A stretch of DNA of 45,089 nucleotides. It comes from a virus. Its lineage: Duplodnaviria > Caudoviricetes. The notes under the pieces are model-generated. The model was given only the letters and a program-made list of their open reading frames with translations, searched no databases and had not been told where the DNA came from. Where the stretch lies: the IMG/VR virus record IMGVR_UViG_3300017766_004457, positions 1 through 45,089 of that record; one strand, 5' to 3'. Shown in pieces: positions 1-8,799 of this stretch. Position 1 is the first letter of the stretch. Each line of letters starts with the position of its first letter. The position numbers were made by a program, and so were the translations under genes.

Positions 1-390
1 GAGGACGAGGACGAGGAGGGGTACGGTAAGGCCTCTTGGACTTCGCACCTTACACGGTTCCGCGCCGGCAAGAAGATAAACAACTTTGAGGTCACCGTTG
101 TCGGTACTGCGCTGCATGTCTTAAATATGCAGTACAACCCCAGCTCCCCCTCAGGAGAAGCCATTGACGCGCTGTTAACCTCTTTAGAGGAGGTAGCTCG
201 CGGCGCAGTACACTTCAACGTCCTTTCCCCGCATCACGCCACTGGGTTTAAGGTGTTCGATCAAGACACGGCAGAGGAGATGTACAAGAAGCTCCAAGAG
301 ACTGCGGATTACATCGCGCCCCTCCCAGGGAACGTCATTAACCTTCTTGCAGTGCTAAAAGATCTGCTGAATTGCCATCATTTAGATTAA
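1..390 (+). CDS. Hypothetical protein, 5'-truncated by the window edge
   Basis: Frame 1 is open from base 1 (EDEDEEGYGKASW...) into the listed 127..390 ORF; no family motif recognised. Confidence 0.55.
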   Translation, partial: EDEDEEGYGKASWTSHLTRFRAGKKINNFEVTVVGTALHVLNMQYNPSSPSGEAIDALLTSLEEVARGAVHFNVLSPHHATGFKVFDQDTAEEMYKKLQETADYIAPLPGNVINLLAVLKDLLNCHHLD

Positions 391-739
391 TTTGCTTTTC
401 CCCCTGTCCTGAGACTTTTTCTTTACGCGGTCGACCTCTTCGCTTACTAGTCGCGACTGCTTCTGCGTGCTCCCTTGGTACTTGATCCCCTAGTACTTGA
501 TCCCCTAGTACTTGATCCCCTAGTACTTGATCCTCCGGGACTCTATCTACTTCCGAAGCAGCCATAGAGGGCACGCCCGCACCTTGAGTGCTGCGTACGC
601 TAGGGCCCTCTGATGCAGGAGGCGCTTGCGCGAGTAGCCCTCGCATGTCCTGTGCAACGTCGGATAGCCTCGCGGCTTGTGTTTCTCTAAACCGATCTAT
701 CATATCTCTAAAACTCATGCGACGTTCCTCCTGAGTCAC
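338..739 (-). CDS. Hypothetical low-complexity protein with DQVLG repeats and an AT-hook-like KRRGRPRK motif
   Basis: 133-aa ORF overlapping the stop of 736..1227 by 4 nt; GRP core flanked by basic residues. Confidence 0.65.
   Translation of the reverse strand: MTQEERRMSFRDMIDRFRETQAARLSDVAQDMRGLLAQAPPASEGPSVRSTQGAGVPSMAASEVDRVPEDQVLGDQVLGDQVLGDQVPREHAEAVATSKRRGRPRKEKVSGQGEKQINLNDGNSADLLALQEG
478..533. repeat. 15-bp tandem repeat (GTACTTGATCCCCTA, ~3.7 copies)
   Basis: Read directly; encodes (DQVLG)n in ORF 338..739. Confidence 0.95.
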
Positions 740-1227
740 TTGCTCTCGGGACTATCCCAATCCTCTAACTGATCCTGCGCGCTACTGCAATCAGCACATG
801 CACAGATAACCATGTTGGCGTCCGCTTCCCTGTCTCGCCAGTCTTGTAGTGCTTGCGCTAGCCCCTCATTAGGCTCTGCACCCATAGACTTAGCGGTAGC
901 CCTATCCATCTTACGAACTTGAGCGTCCGCCCAGCGCTTGCCGGCGTTCCCTCCCCAAAGCAGCCAGCTGATATACGCTGCGCTGGTTTTATCCGCGTGA
1001 AACTTCTTAAACGCAGAGTGGCGCGCGAAAAAGGCGTGCATCCGGCGCACGGTAGCAGCGCTAACAGAACCAGAGGCTAAGTTAGCGGCGCGCTGTACAC
1101 CTGAGCCGATACCTTGCGCGTGCGCCTGCTTGGCATCCAATCCCCCGCGACCGTACTTTCGACGAAGCTCTAGCCCGTGACGTGCTGCACTGCGAACAGA
1201 CTCAGGGACGGTAAAAGAAGTACTCAT
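736..1227 (-). CDS. Conserved phage head-module protein of unknown function
   Basis: Pattern AARHGLELRRKYGRGG...VRRMHAFFARH...ISWLLWGGNAGKRWA resembles a domain often found next to or fused with portal/prohead genes; lies directly downstream of the portal; AGGAG RBS. Confidence 0.7.
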   Translation of the reverse strand: MSTSFTVPESVRSAARHGLELRRKYGRGGLDAKQAHAQGIGSGVQRAANLASGSVSAATVRRMHAFFARHSAFKKFHADKTSAAYISWLLWGGNAGKRWADAQVRKMDRATAKSMGAEPNEGLAQALQDWRDREADANMVICACADCSSAQDQLEDWDSPESK

Positions 1228-1251
1228 AATGTATGACTCCTAAAAGGGTGA

Positions 1252-1418
1252 AAGGCTCTTCGTATTGAGCCGCTAAGGCTCTTCGTATTGAGCCGCTAAG
1301 ACTCTTCGTATTGAGCCGCTATTGTTAAGGCTACTACCTCTAAACGGCTAAGGCTCTTCGTATTGAGCCGCTATTGTTAAGGCTACTACCTCTAAACGGC
1401 TAAGGCTCTTCGTTGAGC
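1252..1418. repeat. Nested tandem array: 23-bp hairpin unit AAGGCTCTTCGTATTGAGCCGCT (4 copies plus a partial fifth) inside a 52-bp higher-order duplication
   Basis: Units at 1252, 1275, 1298, 1350 and 1402 (partial); identical 29-bp insert at 1321-1349 and 1373-1401; GGCTC-N8-GAGCC palindrome in the units. Confidence 0.93.
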
Positions 1419-3088
1419 TTAATCTTCCTTGCGGGCTTATTCAGATCCTCCCTAATCTGGCGCTCTACGTCGCTCTTGGTATCTTCCTCATCATCCTCTT
1501 TGTTATCCTTGTGCTCCTCCTCGCCCTTAGAATCCTCGGATGCTTCAGGCTTTTCACCGCCAGGGAGATCTTCGGGCTTAGGAGGAGCGTTGATAGCAGT
1601 CACCGGCTCATTAGGCTCTAGCCCAATAGAGCGCAGCTGCAATGCCTTGAGGTACACGTCATTAAGGATCATATCGCCGCCGTCCACCGGAGGCATATCA
1701 AAGGAGCTTCTCAGCTCGTTCAAGGTCATATAAGTACTGACCTTTAGCCTATCGCGGTCCAGCTGCTCTCTCGGTGAAACGCTGTCCAAGCCCGTAAAGC
1801 GAAGCTCAAAGCGAGGGTCTAGCGCGCGCACCACGAAGCGATTGAGCCACATCTCCACATTGCGGAGCAGCGGGCGCAGCCCCTTGTCCTTTGACATGCC
1901 CAAACGCGTAATCCCGCTGCTCTCATTCAGCGTGTTTCGCTGGCCTTCTGTGCCGAACTTGTAGCCCAGCTCAAAGGGATCTACTTGGAAGACGGAGCAG
2001 ATAGCCTTCATGAGATGCGCGTGCCATGCTTGGAACTCCATCTCTCTGTTACTAGCCCCAAGGTTCACAGCTTGAATGCCCTCGTTATCATCCGGAGAGA
2101 GCTGAATCAACGGAGTCTTCCTGCTATTCCCGCTACCATTAAGCATCGCGTAGAACTCTTTGCGGAACTGCCGAAACAACGAAGGATTCATGCGTGTCTT
2201 AACTGCGAGTATTCCGTTTACGTTAACGCCGCTTGTAAAGTTAGCAGCGTTATACGCTTCGGTGTTCAGCAGGTGAGTCACGAGCGAAACGCACTCCATC
2301 AGCTCCGGATGCCCGTACCCGCGAGCCGCGAGGATACTGCGAGGCCTGCGGACTCCGAAGCACAGGTCATCAAACTTGAACTCCGCAGTCACCTTATCGC
2401 CGATGATCTGGACATAATGCACGGAATCGGGATCCCGATACCCTTGCTTGCGCTCCTTATCAGTAGGTCGCGCTCGCCTTATAGTAGTAGCGTCCACAAC
2501 CTGAAAAGCAGCTACATCCCCCCGCTTATTGCGAATCACCTCAAAACAAGCCTGATCATAAATAAGGCTATCCGTGGTCAGCATTCTGAGGAACGACTCA
2601 AAGCTACCACCGAGCCCAATGCGCGGATCCCCGCAGGTCTCCATGAAGTCGTAGATCTCGTTAATCCGCTTAAGGTCTCCCTCATTAGGTACTTGCGTAT
2701 GATCCCTTAACCGAATCTGAAAGCCGATATTGATACCATCGCGCTCCGCAACCGAGAACTCCGCCATCTGATTCACGCGGGTCTGAATAATAGCTGCGAT
2801 CAAAGGGACATGGCTCATCGCTTCGAGCTGTCCATAATCCAACCCGGCGCGCGTCTCCGCTTTAAGATCCACCTGCTCCATCATGCGAACATTAGCGACC
2901 CCGCTAGGCTCTACATAATGTCCTTTAGGCTTAGCTGCGGCAGCTTCAGCATGGGGAAGTGCTTTCTCTAGCGCCTCAAGCTGCTCGCTTTTATCTAGGC
3001 TCTCTAGATGTTCTGCAAGTAGATGCACCGCCTCTTGCGTCTCAGCATCCCCAGTAGGGAATATCTTCCCCAGTAACGCTTTTAGCAT
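1400..3088 (-). CDS. Phage portal protein
   Basis: 562 aa; AIIQTRVNQ..GFQIRLRD, DSLIYDQACFE, GYGHPELM, MEFQAW..ICSVFQVDPFELG, SKDKGLRPLL and MTLNELRSSFDMPPVDGGD match portal proteins, resembling SPO1/Twort-type myovirus portals; acidic disordered tail. Confidence 0.92.
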   Translation of the reverse strand: MLKALLGKIFPTGDAETQEAVHLLAEHLESLDKSEQLEALEKALPHAEAAAAKPKGHYVEPSGVANVRMMEQVDLKAETRAGLDYGQLEAMSHVPLIAAIIQTRVNQMAEFSVAERDGINIGFQIRLRDHTQVPNEGDLKRINEIYDFMETCGDPRIGLGGSFESFLRMLTTDSLIYDQACFEVIRNKRGDVAAFQVVDATTIRRARPTDKERKQGYRDPDSVHYVQIIGDKVTAEFKFDDLCFGVRRPRSILAARGYGHPELMECVSLVTHLLNTEAYNAANFTSGVNVNGILAVKTRMNPSLFRQFRKEFYAMLNGSGNSRKTPLIQLSPDDNEGIQAVNLGASNREMEFQAWHAHLMKAICSVFQVDPFELGYKFGTEGQRNTLNESSGITRLGMSKDKGLRPLLRNVEMWLNRFVVRALDPRFELRFTGLDSVSPREQLDRDRLKVSTYMTLNELRSSFDMPPVDGGDMILNDVYLKALQLRSIGLEPNEPVTAINAPPKPEDLPGGEKPEASEDSKGEEEHKDNKEDDEEDTKSDVERQIREDLNKPARKIKLNEEP

Positions 3089-3519
3089 GACGAGCCCTTT
3101 CCAATACGCTGCTGCAGCAGATACTTCGCCGTATCATGAGCATTAATAGTGCTCATGATATAGTCATCCAAACCGAGATCAAGCTGCGCGCCGTCCTTAA
3201 GCAGCTTGTACGCACTATTCAAAGCCATGCAGAGAAGCTCCTCCGCAGCGAGGGAGCGCGCAATACCATCAGGCCCTGAAAGATGCGACAAAAAAGCTAA
3301 GGTAAGCTGAAGCACGTTCTGCGTCTGCACCGCAGATGCACCACACTGCTGCACGATCTTCTCCGCCAGCGCATCGGTCTCCTCCTCTACAGCCTCGTAC
3401 AAGCGCTCCATCAAGAGATGATCGCCATAATCGGTAGCGACCCAATGCGCTGTCCAATGAGTAAGATGCACCGCACGGAGTGCAGCCAGAATATTAACAA
3501 GAATATCGCGTTTATCCAT
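3082..3519 (-). CDS. Dps/ferritin-like protein
   Basis: Start reassigned to MDKRDIL (TAGGAGG RBS); HLTHWTAHW..YGDHLLMERLYE..D.LAEK ferroxidase-type pattern and H..YLL in the last helix; stop overlaps the portal start. Confidence 0.8.
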   Translation of the reverse strand: MDKRDILVNILAALRAVHLTHWTAHWVATDYGDHLLMERLYEAVEEETDALAEKIVQQCGASAVQTQNVLQLTLAFLSHLSGPDGIARSLAAEELLCMALNSAYKLLKDGAQLDLGLDDYIMSTINAHDTAKYLLQQRIGKGSSC

Positions 3520-3631
3520 GATTAGATGCCTCCTATAAAAGTAAGATATAGTACCACGAATATTAGAGTTACGCCACTGTCTAATATAATCCGCACTGGG
3601 GCCCTCGCCAAGCCCCTGTTTGAGCCCCCGG

Positions 3632-3691
3632 ACCGAAGCACGCACCGAAGCACGCACCGAAGCACGCACCGAAGCACGCACCGAAGCACGC
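3632..3691. repeat. 12-bp perfect tandem repeat (ACCGAAGCACGC x5), intergenic
   Basis: Read directly. Confidence 0.97.
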
Positions 3692-3942
3692 TTGAGCGGC
3701 GCAGAGCGATGTGATATATCAAGAAAGCCTGCCGGCTCTCTCGATGGCACTTAGCATACTGCGAAGAACAGGTGCGTCAGCGCTCTGTGTCGGCGTAACA
3801 CCGTCTGAGGTCTAAGATTTCCGCACCTTCTTTTAGACCTAGGGAACGGAGAGGGGCAGGCGCATTCTTTTTTCCATGGTCCGCTTAAGGCCCTTAAGCG
3901 CGCACCCCTCGCCGCTTAACCCCTTAAGCCCCCACCGCGCTG

Positions 3943-4182
3943 TTACTTATCAGTTTCGCGCAGGTTCTCAACATCGCTAGGTTGCACGAAGAGAGCCATG
4001 CGCTCCTCATCATCCTCAAACAGGATCCCATCTGGCTGCGTATAAAACGAATACAAGCCTTGTCGAGTATCCAGCTCCCCAGTAACGACCATCTTGTGCT
4101 TTAGAAGCACTGCGGCCAGGGCAATAAACGCTTTCACATTCTCGTCAGTCAAACCATTAGTACGCACGATAGAACACCCCAT
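3943..4182 (-). CDS. Hypothetical protein
   Basis: 79-aa ORF overlapping the end of the deaminase gene, same strand. Confidence 0.6.
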   Translation of the reverse strand: MGCSIVRTNGLTDENVKAFIALAAVLLKHKMVVTGELDTRQGLYSFYTQPDGILFEDDEERMALFVQPSDVENLRETDK

Positions 4183-4633
4183 TAGTAGTCTGAGAGTACA
4201 AGGTTACAGGAATATTCTTGAGCTGCAGTAACCGCAGCCCTTCTTCGGAAGGGTAACTACCCTCCCAGGTATGGAACGACGAGATGCCACACTGCACGAC
4301 TGCGCGTGCGCAGTTCACGCAAGGGTATGTATTGCATACCATCGCGCACCCCTGAGTGCTTCTGCCAGAGCGAGCACAGTGGAACAGCGCATTCATCTCA
4401 GCATGAAAGCATCCGATGTCGTTACTCGCCCCGGAGCAGATTCCTTCGCGGAGACATTCCCCCTCTTTTGGACCGCAGGTGTTCTGCCCGCCCTTGAACA
4501 TGCCGTTATAGCCCTCTGCAACGAGGTCTCCAACGCCGTTTATAAGGAGCGCACCTACACCCCTACGAACGCACTTACTCTGCTTTGCGAGCAGATCTAC
4601 CTGCATAAGCCGCAGCGAGATATGTAAGCTCAC
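4157..4633 (-). CDS. dCMP deaminase
   Basis: SKCVRRGVGA, EGYNG, HAEMNA and PCVNC zinc-deaminase motifs; coupled to thyX. Confidence 0.92.
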   Translation of the reverse strand: MSLHISLRLMQVDLLAKQSKCVRRGVGALLINGVGDLVAEGYNGMFKGGQNTCGPKEGECLREGICSGASNDIGCFHAEMNALFHCARSGRSTQGCAMVCNTYPCVNCARAVVQCGISSFHTWEGSYPSEEGLRLLQLKNIPVTLYSQTTNGVFYRAY

Positions 4634-5307
4634 TTAGAGGCCTCCACGGCGGGAGTCCGAGACTCCTCCCACAAGCGCATCACCTCTGGAAATGCGTCTG
4701 AGAGCAGCTTCCGGATCTCAATCGCAATCTCACGACACTCTGGCTGCGCGTGCTCCTCGTCCCTCAAGATAAGAAACTTCAGGAAGTTGTGCAGGCTCCC
4801 CGTCATATAGAACTGCGCCATCAATCCCTGCGGAAGTAGGAAGCGAGCCTGCTCCCTGGCAACGCCCTTCTCCAAGAAAAGCTGATACATATGAAAACTT
4901 TTAAGGCAGTGCGCCTTATAAAGCTCATTGAGTACCTTGGATTCGCTTTGCTCCAGCTCCCCTGTAGAGCACTGCAAGTTCTTCGTGCCTTGCATGCGCC
5001 ACGGACCCATCTCAAAGAACTCAATATCCTCTGCGGTATATCTGCGGCTCGCTTGGTTATACGAGAACGTTCGATGACGCATGATCTGCGCCACGACCGG
5101 AAGGGGTGCTACAATCCGAAAGGTTGCAGTGCAGTGCTCAAATGGAGATGTATGCTTCTCTCGGAGCAAAAACTTGATGAGCTTAACGTCCTTATCGCTC
5201 AGCTCCTCATCTTGACGGTCATTCAGGAGCGAAACGCGCGCTGCGTCACACACCCGCTTATCGTCGCCCATAAAATCCAGCAGCGTCACCGCGCTCTCCC
5301 TAAACAT
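4630..5307 (-). CDS. thyX: Flavin-dependent thymidylate synthase
   Basis: AARVS, HTSPFEH, RHRTFSYNQASRRY (RHRx7S ThyX motif), REQARFLLP, HAQPE. Confidence 0.97.
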   Translation of the reverse strand: MFRESAVTLLDFMGDDKRVCDAARVSLLNDRQDEELSDKDVKLIKFLLREKHTSPFEHCTATFRIVAPLPVVAQIMRHRTFSYNQASRRYTAEDIEFFEMGPWRMQGTKNLQCSTGELEQSESKVLNELYKAHCLKSFHMYQLFLEKGVAREQARFLLPQGLMAQFYMTGSLHNFLKFLILRDEEHAQPECREIAIEIRKLLSDAFPEVMRLWEESRTPAVEASK

Positions 5308-5360
5308 GATGTCCCCTTTACGGTAGAGTATAAAGCGCTAAACAACAGCGCCTTACACAC

Positions 5361-5389
5361 TCTCTACAGTATAAAAGAAAATCTGTCAA
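5361..5389 (-). promoter_or_regulatory. Putative sigma70-type promoter for thyX and the deaminase
   Basis: TTGACA-N17-TAGAGA (weak -10). Confidence 0.4.
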
Positions 5390-5395
5390 GAAAAG

Positions 5396-5653
5396 CTACA
5401 CTTTTTTCTGTGTCTCCAGCAAAGCGACCAGTGCGTCTAGCTTGCTCTCTAATCGGATCACTTGATTAGTGAGCCCTGCAAGCTCGTTTCTTAGGTTATC
5501 AACGTGCACGCTGCCCCTCTCTAGGTTTTGTACCTTCTCCTCTAGCTTACCTAGCGCACGAGCATTATCGTTTTTTTCCTTTAGATAGGAGAGCGCGAAC
5601 CCCCCTAGCGCTACCCATGTACCGATCATCTCCACAGACGTTGTGTCACTCAT
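5396..5653 (-). CDS. Small membrane protein (one TM plus coiled coil), possible holin-like
   Basis: Likely start MSDTTS; hydrophobic MIGTWVALGGFALSYL followed by a heptad coiled coil. Confidence 0.55.
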   Translation of the reverse strand: MSDTTSVEMIGTWVALGGFALSYLKEKNDNARALGKLEEKVQNLERGSVHVDNLRNELAGLTNQVIRLESKLDALVALLETQKKV

Positions 5654-5675
5654 TTGAATAGCCCTTATAAATAAG

Positions 5676-6062
5676 TTAAAAGGAGTGTGAGAGACCCACT
5701 CCGGCGAGCACCCCAATAGGGACATAAACCCACCAGAGGTCCGTAGGACATGCTACCGGATCTTGCGCGCTTAGGGTATTTATACGGTCACTTAAAAGCG
5801 CGTTCTCGGTCTGTAGCTCCATTATTTTAGCTTCCAGTTCTGCGATAAGTACTCGCTGCTCGCGATACGCATCGGAAGTCAATAGTACCCCAGCCTCAAA
5901 AGATTCGCAGGTGCGAGGAAGTCTAACGCGCCCTCCTTCCTCAAACGCGGTCGGACAGGGCATCTCCACGATCTGCCCTGTTGAACGAGTCCAGAAACCT
6001 GTTTCGCTAGGTATTGCGCTCGCAGCTGCTAGGGGAAATAGTACTATTAACGATCTAACCAT
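5676..6062 (-). CDS. Secreted coiled-coil protein with C-terminal membrane anchor, possible spanin-like
   Basis: Signal-like N-terminus, central coiled coil, C-terminal WWVYVPIGVLAGVGL; overlaps the upstream gene. Confidence 0.55.
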   Translation of the reverse strand: MVRSLIVLFPLAAASAIPSETGFWTRSTGQIVEMPCPTAFEEGGRVRLPRTCESFEAGVLLTSDAYREQRVLIAELEAKIMELQTENALLSDRINTLSAQDPVACPTDLWWVYVPIGVLAGVGLSHSF

Positions 6063-6346
6063 TTGTCTACCTCCCCTGCGGCACTTTTCTTTGCTTCTGC
6101 AGTATTCACGGCTGCTTTGTCTTTTGTCTGCCTCAGATGCTCCGCAAACATACGCTGCTCTGCTTTACGCTCCGCTATTTGACGCTCTGCTCTCGCCCTA
6201 GAACTAAACGCAGTATATAACGGCACAAGCGTAATAAGCAGTAGTTCTTTAGCCACCAATAGCGTAAGCATTAGTAGCAACAAAACCATAGCTAGTAGCG
6301 CGCTATAAGGGTTATTATTTATCCATGCTCTAAACGCAGCTAACAT
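6047..6346 (-). CDS. Membrane protein with N-terminal TM segment(s) and helical tail, possible i-spanin/holin-like
   Basis: Long hydrophobic N-terminus followed by a charged Ala-rich helix. Confidence 0.55.
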   Translation of the reverse strand: MLAAFRAWINNNPYSALLAMVLLLLMLTLLVAKELLLITLVPLYTAFSSRARAERQIAERKAEQRMFAEHLRQTKDKAAVNTAEAKKSAAGEVDKWLDR

Positions 6347-6350
6347 ATGT

Positions 6351-6725
6351 TTAGCTCCAAAAGACTACTTGTGGGGCCGGCTCGACCACGATGGCGGACT
6401 GAGCAGAGAAGTCAGGTTGCCGATTAAGGTTTAGATATACCCCTACGAACTGCGAAGTATAATCAATGTTGTTTACAAACAGTGCGGCGTTCACAGCGAC
6501 AAAACTTGTGGGTTTCAAAATGCTTAGGGTTGTCTCACGAACCACGATATTAGTGTTCGCGAGGACTACCGCTCCCGCGTCGGGCTCAGCTATCGCGCTC
6601 GGGTCGAACCCGACAGGCATAGCCGCGTCGCCATAAGCGTAGTTAACCCCGCCTCGCGCGTCCGCGTTGTTCACGAAGGTTGAGGCCTGCACATTCAAGC
6701 GGTCAATAAAGGCTGGGGTCGGCAT
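6351..6725 (-). CDS. Putative small virion/tail-associated protein
   Basis: AAGGAGG RBS; in operon with tail-like genes; A/V/N/S-rich. Confidence 0.65.
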   Translation of the reverse strand: MPTPAFIDRLNVQASTFVNNADARGGVNYAYGDAAMPVGFDPSAIAEPDAGAVVLANTNIVVRETTLSILKPTSFVAVNAALFVNNIDYTSQFVGVYLNLNRQPDFSAQSAIVVEPAPQVVFWS

Positions 6726-6738
6726 TTATCAGTCCTCC

Positions 6739-8781
6739 TTATACCGCTTCAAAGCTGGCGCTAATGTTAATGAGCCCCGCACCCACAATAGTGAGCCCCA
6801 CGGTGGTATCTGCTGCTGCGCTGGTGGTTACGCTGAGGGTGCGCGCCCCATTACTTGTGAAAGTAGCGTTCCCACCAGTGAGCTTCAAGATGACGGTGGT
6901 CTCCACTCTCGCCCCTCCCTCATCATACGCGTTAACAACGACGTTCTTATTGAGCGTTGTTCCTGCGTAGTTAATAGAGCTATCTGCGAAAGAAACCACT
7001 ACACGCTGCGCAGCGGAGGGGATAACGGTATGCAGGCTCATCGCGTGGTTCGTGGACGCGTCGCCGTCAACAGACACCGCCCAATACCGCCCTGTAGAGT
7101 CTTTTCCAAACCCTGTGAACACCCCGTTATTCCTACTCGTTAAGCTCCAGCCGCCCGCGCCCAAGCTCCAGGTATCAATAGAGCTAGGCGTGATCGTTAG
7201 AAGCTCGCTGTGGTCCGTGTCTCCTGCGATATAGCTGTATACCGACCCTGCATTCACGGACTGTAAGAAAGTGCCGTTCGCAAAATCGGTATCGTCAATC
7301 AGATAGCTAACGATGTTGCTGTTCTTCGCACTAACCTTGCCGATACTGAAGGAGCTTCCCAGCGTTGAAAGCACACTTAAAACATACTGACCCGCAGAGT
7401 TTTGGCTAAGCACCAAGTTTGTTGCGCTAATCAGCGCAGCCAAGCTGATATTTAAACCTGCGGTTGTATAAGGTATGTCAGTAGCGATGCTGGTGTATTG
7501 ACCGATAACGTCGTTATAATAGGTGGAGAGCGGGACATCCACCGTAAACTCGCTCAGGCTAAACGAGTCATTAGTCTTATTCCACTTAATCCTAATGAAT
7601 GTGGCTTCGCTTAGTGTAGTCGCGCTAAATGCCAAGCTATACGCGTAGTATATATTCGTTTCCCCCGCAATGGGCGAAGCCACAAAAGTGCTATTACAAA
7701 CGATACCTGAAAAACGTTTTACTCGCGAGGTGTCCGCGAGGTAATCACTTCCGCTCAAGTCCGCAGCAGTGGTCCTCGTCAAGCTCGCCTTATCGAACTT
7801 ATAGAACATCATGCGGTGATTATCATTCTTATTCCAGCTCGTCGTCGCGCCTTGCCAATGACAGCCGTTAGCAACTAGTGTGGGCGTAGCTGCGTTCTCA
7901 CTTGTCTGCATGAAGCAGAGTTGCCCATCTCCCGACTCGCCCAAGAAATGTAGCTGCTGCGTATAACCGATTGTTGCGCCAGGCTGCGTGGTTGTGGTGG
8001 GCACAAACAGGTGCGTAGGACCGCTGATATTCAGCGATCCCCCGTCAGCAACCGTGGTATAGCTGAAGTAAACCACGGTCTGATACAGGATGCTGTCCAC
8101 CGCCGTGTTGCTGCTGAAGCCCCATCTATAATGCGCAAAGCAGAAGATGCGCTTATTCACAGTATCCACGTAGAACGGCTGCAGATAATCACTAAGCCAG
8201 TAGTAGCTAGCGTTTGAGATACCTGTGGGTGCGACGGTGGTGAAACTGATCCGCACGCTTGCCACTGCGGACTGCATAGATTCGCCCTGCACCAGCGAAA
8301 TATACTTCGTCGCTGCCACGTTCTCCGTGGTATAGACTTCCTGCGCGGTGGGGCTAAGCACAAAGTGCTTCACCCCTGCGCTGTCCTCAAAACTAAAGAG
8401 GCTACCTGTATTGTGCCTATGGGAAGAGTCCATAACGCGGGTATATGCGTCATTCCTCGCATAAATGGACACGCTCGTTCTAGGCGAGGAGTTTCTCAAA
8501 ATCGCCTCGTCTGTATGGAATCTGCCGTGATCCGTCCACGCGACAGGCTTATCATCCAGCAAAAGTTGACGCCAGGGGTCGTATCTACGCAGCCCTTTTA
8601 ACGATTCGAGCACCGTGGGCTTCCTATCCTGAAGCGGGAATAGGGTGTCCCCATCAAAGGCGTCCTCCCCGAAGTAAATGATATTATCGGTGCTGTCAAC
8701 ACAGACGGAGTTGCCATACTCCCCTCTGTAATAGATGTTCGCCGAGGCGCGGATAACTTTACTCGTCTTTAGTTGTGTCAT
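6739..8781 (-). CDS. Putative tail/receptor-binding protein, paralog A (beta-rich, C-terminal Ig-like domain)
   Basis: 680 aa, S/T/aromatic-rich; colinear similarity to 8800..10884, strongest in the last ~85 aa. Confidence 0.7.
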   Translation of the reverse strand: MTQLKTSKVIRASANIYYRGEYGNSVCVDSTDNIIYFGEDAFDGDTLFPLQDRKPTVLESLKGLRRYDPWRQLLLDDKPVAWTDHGRFHTDEAILRNSSPRTSVSIYARNDAYTRVMDSSHRHNTGSLFSFEDSAGVKHFVLSPTAQEVYTTENVAATKYISLVQGESMQSAVASVRISFTTVAPTGISNASYYWLSDYLQPFYVDTVNKRIFCFAHYRWGFSSNTAVDSILYQTVVYFSYTTVADGGSLNISGPTHLFVPTTTTQPGATIGYTQQLHFLGESGDGQLCFMQTSENAATPTLVANGCHWQGATTSWNKNDNHRMMFYKFDKASLTRTTAADLSGSDYLADTSRVKRFSGIVCNSTFVASPIAGETNIYYAYSLAFSATTLSEATFIRIKWNKTNDSFSLSEFTVDVPLSTYYNDVIGQYTSIATDIPYTTAGLNISLAALISATNLVLSQNSAGQYVLSVLSTLGSSFSIGKVSAKNSNIVSYLIDDTDFANGTFLQSVNAGSVYSYIAGDTDHSELLTITPSSIDTWSLGAGGWSLTSRNNGVFTGFGKDSTGRYWAVSVDGDASTNHAMSLHTVIPSAAQRVVVSFADSSINYAGTTLNKNVVVNAYDEGGARVETTVILKLTGGNATFTSNGARTLSVTTSAAADTTVGLTIVGAGLINISASFEAV

Positions 8782-8799
8782 GGTGCGGCCCTTTCTCGG

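Noticed and set aside
1252-1418. CRISPR mini-array (palindromic 23-bp repeats with 29-bp inserts)
   Set aside because: Three repeats are directly adjacent, the two inserts are identical, the unit derives from the portal gene end, and there is no cas operon
3520-3750. N-terminal (RASV)n extension of the ferritin-like ORF and the overlapping 62-66 aa ORFs
   Set aside because: These arise from a stop-free 12-bp repeat; a strong RBS supports the start at 3519
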